Source: Octopus vulgaris
Lineage: Eukaryota
DNA: 64,000 nucleotides
Assembly: GCA_951406725.2 (NCBI GenBank)
Contig: OX597814.1
Span: 25,544,001 to 25,608,000 of the forward strand
Reading direction: 5' to 3'
Below are positions 55,228-64,000 of the stretch, piece by piece. The notes beneath the pieces are model-generated. The model was given only the letters and a program-made list of their open reading frames with translations, made no database searches and had not been told where the DNA came from. Both the position numbers and the translations under genes were made by a program. Position 1 is the stretch's first letter; every line of letters starts with the position of its first letter.

Positions 55228-55610
55228 GGAGCACTCCGTCGGTTTCGACGATGAGGGTCCCAGCTGATACGATCAATGGAACAGCTTGCTCATGATATTA
55301 ACGTGTAAGTGGCTGAGCACTCCACAGACATGTGTACCCTTAACGTAGTTCTCAAGGAGATTCAGCGTGACACAGAGTGTGACAAGGCTGGCCCTTTGAA
55401 ATACAGGTACAAGAGAAACAGGAAGAAAGAGTGAGAGAAAGTTGTGGTGAAAGAGTACAGCAGGGTTCACCACCACCCCCTGCCAGAGCCTCATGGAGCT
55501 TTTGGTGTTTTTGCTCAATAAACACTCACAATGCCTGGTCTGGGAATCGACACCGCGATCCTCTGACCGCGAGTCCGCTGCCCTAACCACTGGGCCATTG
55601 CGCCTCCACA
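55228..55610 (-). mobile_element. SINE family C
   Basis: Match to 13350-13733. Confidence 0.9.
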
Positions 55611-56319
55611 CACGTACATAAATGCATACACACATATCATTTTTCTTGTTTATCGATACCAGTACTATTTTCTTTTTAGGCTTTGGTCTCACTTGCTAAA
55701 CAGCTATGTTACAGAGATAACATCATTTGTCAAACAGTGGGGTAGGACAAACACAAACACAAAGATATACACACATATATACACACATGTTAATGCTACT
55801 TTTGTTGTGTGTGTGTGTGTGTGTGGAGGATGTGTGGCTTAGTAGTTAGGACATTGCATTCATGATCATAAGATTGTGGGTTTGATTCCTGAACCTTGTG
55901 TTCTTTAGCAAAACACTTTATTTCATGTTGGTTCAGTGTACTCAGCCAGTAAAAATTATAAATTTCAATTTCATGATATAGCAGTATCCAATTAAAGACG
56001 GGGAAAATGTATGCCACAGTATGCAAAAAAGTGATCTTATCAGCTTATGACTTGGGAAAGACCCTTAATCCTTCATCTTTTATACACACACACACACGCA
56101 CACACACACACACACACACATGAATGTATCAGTGTATGTCAATATATATGCATGTGCTGTGTGAATAAACATGTGCATTTATATTAACAGTTGATTGGCC
56201 ATATGGTATGACCAATTATAGAAAGGCACTAGCATACAGAAGCAGAACTAAAGTTCCATACCGTCTTCCATGCCACCCAAATCCTGAAGAAAAGAAATAG
56301 ATTCAACTAACTTGTTACT

Positions 56320-56550
56320 ATGGCGAGCTAGCAGACACGTTAGCGCGCCGGGTGAAATGCTTAGCGGTATTTCGTCTGTCGTTACGTTCTGAGTTCAAAT
56401 TCCACTGAGGTCAACTTTGCCTTTCATCCTTTCGGGGTCGATAAATAAAGTACCAGTTTCGCACTGGGGGCGTTATAATCGACTCAATCCCTTCGTCTGT
56501 CCTTGTTTGTCCCCTCTATGTTTAGCCTCTTGTGGGCAGTAAAGAAATAT
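56320..56550 (+). mobile_element. SINE family B
   Basis: Reverse match to 28615-28853. Confidence 0.88.
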
Positions 56551-56649
56551 ATATGTACACCTATATGCATGTGAATATATGTGTTTGCATGTATATCTGT
56601 ATGTGTATGTATAAATATATTTGTATATATACGTGTGTGTGTGTATGTG

Positions 56650-56684
<35 letters not shown>

Positions 56685-57185
56685 GATCATCAACATCCTT
56701 TAATGTCCATTTCCCTGCATGCTTGTGTTGAACAGTTTGACAGTAGCCAGCCAGCTGATGAGCTGCACAGGCTCTAAGTCTGTTTTGGCATGGTTTTTAT
56801 GGCTGAGTGTCCTTCCTAATACCAACCACTTTATGGTGTTACTGGGTGCATTTACATGGCACTGTTACAGGTGCATTTTATGTGGCACCAGCACCCATAA
56901 GCCTGCAAGATTCAGGATGCTCAGCTGGAGAGGGATGCAGGAGCCAAGCTTGTTTTCAAGGACAGCCACACTTTTACCGAATTTAACATATCTTTTCAAG
57001 CACTGCAGACCACCAGGAGTCTCAGTACCCTGTCATCCCCTCTCTGAGACTCAACATCTGAAGATCCTTTCTCACCATTTCATCCCACATTTTCCTGGGT
57101 CCATTCTTTCCACATGTTCCCTCTACAATTAGAGATTGGTACCTCTTGATACAACTGTCTTCATTCATATGCTTTACATGATTAT
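56685..57185 (-). mobile_element. Diverged RTE 3' end
   Basis: HVKHMNEDSCIKR..VEGTCGKNGPRKMW. Confidence 0.75.
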
Positions 57186-57408
57186 ATATATATTCTTTTA
57201 TTATTTTACTTGTTTTAATCATTTCACTGCAGCCAAGCTGGAGCACCACCCTTAGTCGAACAAATTCACCCCAGGACTTATTCTTTGTAAGCCTAGTACT
57301 TATTTTATTGGTCTCTTTCCCTGAACTGTTAAATTACGGAGACATAAACTCACCAACATCGGTTGTCAAGCAATGGGGGGGGGGAAACACAGACACACAA
57401 AAACATAC

Positions 57409-57478
<70 letters not shown>

Positions 57479-57699
57479 CTCAATATAAAATAGGGTACAT
57501 TTGAACACAAGAGAAAACTGCCTTCAACAGGCAGTTTTTACATGCTAGAAGAAGTAGTCAAAACGACCAAAACCACATTTAAGAGCAATCTTCAAAAGGA
57601 ATGAAAAATAAAAACTTTTACCTTATAAGTGTAAGTTGTCTAAAAGTCCATAAGTCAGAAAAAAATTCACTTGTATATCTGTCAATAGAGTGGGTATAA

Positions 57700-58446
57700 T
57701 ATCCAGTGTACAGTATTATATATTCATTATGGCCGACCTTACCAATCAGTTTCGCACTAGGGATTCAATGGAGTGTTATGTTACTATCTGATTATGTAAC
57801 CCTGTCCTCATCAGAGGTAGCCAATATGGAATGAAATATGGCAATTGCTCTCTATTGTTGGAGGTGAATAGACACTTCCGGTTTGCAGTTGCTGTGGAAA
57901 AAATAATGAAATGAAAGGATTAGGGGATTGAGTTAAGAGTTATGTCCCTTAGTACCAAAACATTGCCACTAGGGTGGTTAGGTTACAAATCAGTAAGAGT
58001 TTTCTGGAAGTGTTTACAGGAAATGTGTGTGTCCCTAAGTTAGGTTTTCTTGTGGAAATGGAATTTGTGTAGTGGTACTATATATATAACTTTTGCAGGA
58101 GGTGTGGGCATACATACCTGTATTCATTAGTGTATTTTCTTTCTTTTATGTATTGGTTAAGTTCGTGGGGTCTTTATGTGTACATGCAGTGTATGTAGAG
58201 GTACAATGTGTTTGGAAGTTTATAATCATTTTGTTCCTTCATCTTTTTCACAGCAACTGCGAACCAGACATGTCTATTCACCTCGAACAATAGAGAGCAG
58301 TGGCCATATTTCATTCCATATCAGCTACTTCTGATGTGTGCAGGGTTATATAACCGGATTGTTAGCTAACACTCCATTGAATCCCTTGCACAAAACCAGT
58401 TGGTAAGGTCAGCCATAATGGATATATAATACTATACACTTTGGAT
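57700..58446. mobile_element. Penelope-like remnant: ~200-bp inverted repeats with hammerhead motifs
   Basis: 57700-57905 is the reverse complement of about 58240-58446; CTGATGA..GAAAC on the minus strand at 57749-57814. Confidence 0.65.
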
Positions 58447-58549
58447 TACACACATATATGTATATGTATATATATACACAGAGAGAGAAAGACAGACAGA
58501 CAGAAAAGCAGACTGACAGATAGATAGATGAGTAGCACTTTCATATCTG

Positions 58550-59021
58550 GAAGAGCAATACTGCTACATGCACAAACATGCTAAGCCACATCCACTCCAG
58601 CAAAAAGAAAATTATCTGATTGGTAAATATAATATAACAACTGGTTTTGCATTACATGTTTTTCTTGCTATTTCTTTTACCCCTACTATAACAGCTTCTG
58701 AACCTCTGACCTATAAATCCATGTATCATATCCATCTAGTCTTGCTTTGTTTGACTGACAATTTTTATTATAATAGATGTACTTGATTAGAATTTACAAG
58801 TGGTAAAAAGCAGCTTGATGCATTCGTGTCTCTTCTCATCATCAACTGTATATCTGGTCACCAAATCCCACATTGAACATTGTTTTCAACATTTTACTCC
58901 AAGAACCACAGCTCTCTAAGACTTTTCTCTCCCTACATTATATCTAAACGTTTCAAACTACATTTGTTGATCATCAAACTACATTGATCTTACCCATGAT
59001 GGAGAACCAGCAAAGAGCTGT
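58550..59021 (-). pseudogene. Copy A segment: cytosolic helical domain
   Basis: Strong acceptor (ttttctattttccttctttag|). LFAGSPSW resembles FLADADW; KQD*MDMIHGFIG resembles KISYWKQFEHGML. An internal GTAAGA could define a 28-nt exon. Confidence 0.4.
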
Positions 59022-59099
59022 CTAAAGAAGGAAAATAGAAAAGAAACTGAATAAGCTTAGCACCATAACAATTTTGTCACTTGATACAAATGTAAGTTG

Positions 59100-59740
59100 T
59101 CGCTTTTACTTAATATAATGATGATGAATATATAACAGAATGTTTGTGATATTTAGCATACTTTTTGAAAAGTTCACAATATAATGAGAATGCTTGTATT
59201 TAAATCTCTATCTCAGCTTTCATTGAATTCATAACGTCTATTCATCAGAGGTCACTATGAAGGGCAGATAATGCACTAAAAGGCTTATATTCGTTATGAA
59301 ATAACACTAATAGTGCTTTCGAAATTGAATGTCTATTCATATCAATTTCCTACAATCAATACTAGCAATATAATAGTTTGGTGATAAAAAGAGGGTGTTT
59401 CAAACTACTGTACAGGAAATAAAGATCTTACTTCCAAATAACTTGGCATAATTTCATTCATAAGAAAGAATTTATTAAAGAAAATAATGGAACACATTTC
59501 AATAAAGAAGGAAATGATTAATACATGAATAAAAAAAAAGGGGCAAGATGAAATGCAATCACTAGTGGGGAGGTTTTAATAACTTACTATTAAATGAAAT
59601 GGAGATATAAAAGATTATAACTATACTGTCAAAGAAGCTTGACTCAGTTTCTAAACATCATTGCAATTTCTTTGTAGGCACAGTCAAACAGTGAAAACAT
59701 TAGCAGCTAAAACATTTATAGATTTTCCTCAACAGGTTAT
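59100..59740 (-). pseudogene. Copy A segment: NHE C-terminal TM helices
   Basis: Follows a 94-nt GT-AG intron. Hydrophobic frames LLRKIYK, IVIIFYISISFNSKLLKP..LHF and YLEVRSL..FLSP. End position approximate. Confidence 0.45.
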
Positions 59741-59834
59741 CTAGAAATCCAGAACCCAACACGTCAATTCATTGCCTCTTTATTCACAGTATTTACCAAA
59801 GGTGGATCAATATGGTTGTTTATCTACAACTTAC

Positions 59835-60593
59835 CCTTTACTGAGTCTATAATAACCACTTTAGTGTGGATATTAATTCAAAACAGGATTACTATGGAAA
59901 GCAATACTTGAATAGCAAGTACTGCTTGTATTTGCTAATGCAATTAAGCTCTTAGTTTGACTAATGTGTTTCAAGAAAATACATAATGCTCAGTTTTCTA
60001 CTCCATTTTAGAGTAGAGAATCTTCACAAGTTTTATTTATGATAATTTCTTTTAACTGGAAGCTTAAACAAACTTTTTAAAAAGTCCTACTTATACTGTT
60101 CTTTTCATCGAAAGTCTGATGAAACAATTTGTCTTTACTCATATTTGCCAGTAAAATTAATAGTGTAAATTCAAATGCCTTTTACTTGAACATGAATTTT
60201 CTTACTGTTTGATTGAAGCCTGGTTATGCAGCAATTGTCACAGCTAGTGTCACAGGTGACTTGACTCATTAGACATTATTATTGCAAAAAATATTTTGTT
60301 GATATGATGGTCATATCTAATTATTAGTGCAGTGTAGTGTCCATTGACAAGGACTACATATTGATATTGGAACAGACAGTGTGTTAGACCTACTACACAA
60401 TAGATGAGTACAGGAATTGATGATTTTAGACTAGAAAGTTCCAACACACTTTAATTTAGTCATTTCCCAGGTATGATTATTTCCAATGATATTAATTTTA
60501 ATTGATTAGATAAAACGTAGAATTCTGAGCACAATTCAGGCTAAAGGATCTGATGCATTTGCTTTACTTTAATGCCTTGATAACTCGACAATC
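59835..60593 (-). pseudogene. Copy A segment: NHE TM1-TM6
   Basis: Acceptor tcacatag| and donor AGG|GTAAGT. KSSIPVLIYCVVG resembles LPIPYTVVLLILG; YDHHINKIFFAIIMSNESS resembles MDPHVLLQIFLPVLIFES; SFQLKEII..EDSLL*NGV resembles SKQLGTIIEGESLLNDG. Confidence 0.65.
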
Positions 60594-60739
60594 CTATGTG
60601 ATAAATGAGACGAGTAAGCACTGTTAGACCATAAGGAGAACAGACTACATAACTATAAAAGCCTAAATGCTTATGTGTAGTTATTAATTAAAAACTTTCA
60701 AGCTATATTTATTTTTGCTTCCTTTCAAACTCATTCAAA

Positions 60740-60922
60740 CTGCACATGCATTTTTCTCGTGTACGAGTAGTATTGATGGCAACAGCTGATGTACTTGCAC
60801 ATACAAATGCACGTTCCCACGGCTTTATCGTCGGTATCTACACATCAAATTTGAGTGCAATTGGATGGAGGATGCCTGAGATCCTAGAAGACACACACAC
60901 AGACAGACAGAATGGATTTTAT

Positions 60923-60925
<3 letters not shown>
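60740..60925 (+). mobile_element. Possible non-autonomous Helitron-like (DINE-1/Lep1-style) fragment
   Basis: AAATTTGAGTGCAATTGG followed by (CAGA)n; resemblance only. Confidence 0.35.
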
Positions 60926-60990
<65 letters not shown>

Positions 60991-61719
60991 CATATATGCA
61001 CACACACACATATATATATACATAAATATAAATATATACACACACACATATACATATACATACATTTATACATGCATAAATGTGTATGTATATGTATGCA
61101 TATGTGTGTGTTTGTTCCCACCTTATTTGAAACCGTTGTTACTTCATTTATGTTCCTGTAACTTAGTGATTCAGCAAAAGATACTGAAAGAGTAAGTACC
61201 AAATTTTAGACAATTGCTACAAAGGGGAAACTTGTTTGATTAAACCATTCAAAGCAATGCCTCAGTGTAGCTGCTCTCCCAAAAAAATATAGCAAGTAAA
61301 AGATTAATGATAAAAGAAACTGTTGCTGTATTGCATATAATATACAACAATTATTCTGTTTTATAATGAAAGATCATTCTCAGAAACAACGGAAAAAAAT
61401 TGATTTCTTTAAAGAGATGAAACAAAGCTATAAAATTGCTTATATCTTTATGACCTTCAGCTTCTTTTCACTGTTGTATGTTAATAAACTTGTAAGAAGT
61501 TATATTTCAACAACTGGAAATCTGAATCTAGAAAAGAAATTGAGCTACTCAGATGTGAAATGATTAGTTGACTATGGTGTTAATCTACACAATAATGAGG
61601 TATATGAATTTCAAATTTTCTGGAAATGTCATGTTCTTCTCAGTAAAATGCTTAATTCTTTCTCTCAATTTATTTAGTTATGAAAATAGCAAATTTTCTC
61701 GAAAATATCAATAGAACAT

Positions 61720-61962
61720 TATGGAGATGTACTTGCATAGCAAGTGACCTGATCTGGGATCATGTGCTGAAACAAAAACAAAAACACACGACTGGATCAC
61801 TGACAAAATTCCGTGCTGCATCATGGAATTTTGTCAGTGATCCAGTCGCGGTCTCAAAGTGACGAAAATATTTTGGCAAATTAAACTTAAATGTTGAAGT
61901 GAATCTAACAGTTTTTGTGTGTTTTTAAATGGCTTATAAACACCTTCCATGCTGCAATTGTT
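61720..61962. mobile_element. MITE-like DNA element containing a perfect hairpin
   Basis: Abrupt composition change starting at a TA; 24-bp perfect inverted repeat 61789-61848. Confidence 0.55.
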
Positions 61963-62023
61963 CATCAATAGAACAGATCACTCATTAACCTACATCGCTA
62001 ATTATAAGTACTCAAATAAACAG

Positions 62024-62057
<34 letters not shown>

Positions 62058-63355
62058 CCGTGCATGTGTGTGTATGTGTTTATGTCTGTGTGTTTAATGA
62101 GAAACAAATATCCTCTTTTGTTTAAATCACATTCAATGTTTTCTTTACAACCTGGAAGAATAATTCTGTATTAAACTATCAGTTTTATAAGCACAAAACA
62201 GTTCTACATATGCATCAGCCTTGTTATAAAGTTAACAAGAGTATTTTATTGAGATTGATGAATCATTATGAATCAGCCTTCTCTGTAGAAATATATATCT
62301 ACTTCTCTCATAGAAACCCTAAAAGGATTTTAAAAAATATTATTTTCTATATAATTATGAATAAGAGAAGTTTTAAAAAATCCACATTTCTCCTGAGGGC
62401 CTGAAAATTTTGATGCTTTAACTTTAAAATATTGAGCTTATGCATTTCATATATTATCAATAAATAATAATATCAACAACAGCAATGATGATGATGATGA
62501 TGATGACAACAGCAACAATAAATGAAGCATTATTCAACCAAGTGTTGCTTCATGAAAATATTTATAAGAAAAGAAAATTCCTCAATAACAAAAGGAAAAA
62601 AGAAAAGAAAGAATTTTTGGGGGTATAAGAGTCTCAATAAAAACCTTTCTTTCCATTCGCTATTTTTATAGTGTCAAAATTGAATGTTCTTTATGGTAAA
62701 GGACGAGTCAGAGAAGCATTACAGACAAAAAATAAAATAAAATAAAACAATTAATAAAAGAGTTGTTTGAGTATAGTTTTTCTGATCCTTTGAATTGATA
62801 TGAAAATAACATACACTCTAAGGCTTAACAGTTATGTTTCAGACCCTTTTATCACAACACACTTTTTACATTCTACCTACATTTTTCTTTGCCTCTCATA
62901 CTTTTGGGAGTATTTTTTTATTATATTGATCACACTTTATACCAAGTTTACTTTAAATGATTTTGTTAAACAAGTGGGGGAATATGTATATATTTCACAC
63001 GTATTTATTTTTTATTTTCACAAAAGTGTTAATTCAGATTCCCTTGCCTGCAAGGTATGTCTTATTTGGTCAGCCATTTTAACATTTCAATGCAGTGAGT
63101 GCTATCAATTAGTGCAGAAATGCATCTGACGAATTCAACAAAAGACCAAAATAGCTATTAGAGCTTTCAAGTGAAAAAATATTCAAACGTCAGAGTGACT
63201 CATAAAACCACATTGATCTTAAGATGAATAAAACTTTTAATCTAAAATACTAGAATGTCTTATGGAAATATCAGATACTCAAAGAACATTTAAATGAATT
63301 TTTTGTGAATATCTTTTTAAGGGTAAGTTTTATTATGAACATATTAAATATGAAT

Positions 63356-63422
<67 letters not shown>

Positions 63423-63511
63423 TACATATACACACAAACATGTATATATATATCATCATCATCATCATCATCGTTTACTGTCCACCTTCCATGCTAGCAT
63501 GTTTATGTATG

Positions 63512-63542
<31 letters not shown>

Positions 63543-63652
63543 TGCATGTGTGAGTGGGTGTGCGTCTGTCTGTCTGTAATAACTGTGATAGATGTGGTGA
63601 AAAGGAGCGTAACAGAACAAGGAAAAGAATTAGAAGTGTAATTTGGTCTTAC

Positions 63653-64000
63653 CTGTAGAGATGAAGCCGGATTCACCTTGAGCCAACTTGCTAGCGTCTT
63701 GTCGTCTTGGCGTCGTTCTCGAGTCTGACTGCCCTCGTCGATGCCGCACGTGCGTTCTGTCGCTGACTTCCGCTTCCGCCGGCGCATGCGCCCTGCGAGA
63801 CCTGCAAGACCCACTTCCGCTCCCTCCCTCTCTGTCACACTCCCTCATCACCACACCACACCCCCCTGATCTATAGATCACTGAACCGGCTTCCTCACTC
63901 GCTCCCGCACCTGAAACTGGTTTCGTAGTCAGCCAACCAGGGAGGAGGGTGCCGCTCCCTCTGTGGTCGCAGTGCGACCCTAGGACTTGTTTCTGGCGTG
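63653..64000 (-). promoter_or_regulatory. CpG-rich promoter and putative first exon
   Basis: Only non-repeat GC/CpG-rich tract in the window. NRF1 palindrome GCGCATGCGC 63782-63791; ETS ACTTCCG at 63766 and 63813; E-box CACGTG at 63747; minus-strand donor CAG|GTAAGA at 63653/63652. Confidence 0.75.

Larger units (their letters stand above)
49400..60593 (-). pseudogene. SLC9C1: SLC9C/sNHE-like Na+/H+ exchanger pseudogene, copy A
   Basis: Minus-strand segments translate, in the correct order, to NHE TM1-6, TM7-13, cytosolic helices, voltage sensor, C-linker and CNBD. Many stops and frameshifts. Compared by eye to remembered sea-urchin and human SLC9C1. Confidence 0.65.

Noticed and set aside
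59200-59255. Minus-strand CTGATGA...GAAA hammerhead-like spacing
   Set aside because: No credible stem II or stem I pairing, and it lies within the copy A pseudo-exon.
63503-63881. ORFs in the GC-rich end, including MRRRKRK...
   Set aside because: That ATG is the centre of the NRF1 palindrome; the open frames reflect GC content and show no recognisable homology.

Overview
AT-rich, microsatellite- and transposon-dense eukaryotic DNA. The SINE and RTE-LINE families look like those of Octopus (coleoid cephalopod); this is recognition from memory, not a database result. I found no intact protein-coding gene, and almost all listed ORFs are microsatellite or transposon artefacts. Hand translation of the minus-strand unique sequence shows two head-to-tail, heavily decayed copies of an SLC9C/sNHE-type gene (Na+/H+ exchanger, then voltage-sensor domain, then cyclic-nucleotide-binding domain). 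Copy A lies at about 60.6-49.4 kb and copy B at about 46.9-14.2 kb. Both carry stops and frameshifts, yet many segments keep consensus splice sites. A CpG-rich NRF1/ETS/E-box promoter with a minus-strand first-exon donor sits upstream at 63.65-64 kb. Mobile DNA includes mariner/Tc1/maT relics, RTE and CR1/Jockey-like LINEs, R4/Dong-like elements in (ATT)n tracts, Penelope-like remnants with hammerhead-ribozyme motifs, several modular tRNA-derived SINE families, and a MITE carrying a perfect hairpin. Protein comparisons were made by eye against remembered sequences and need tblastn/HMM confirmation.
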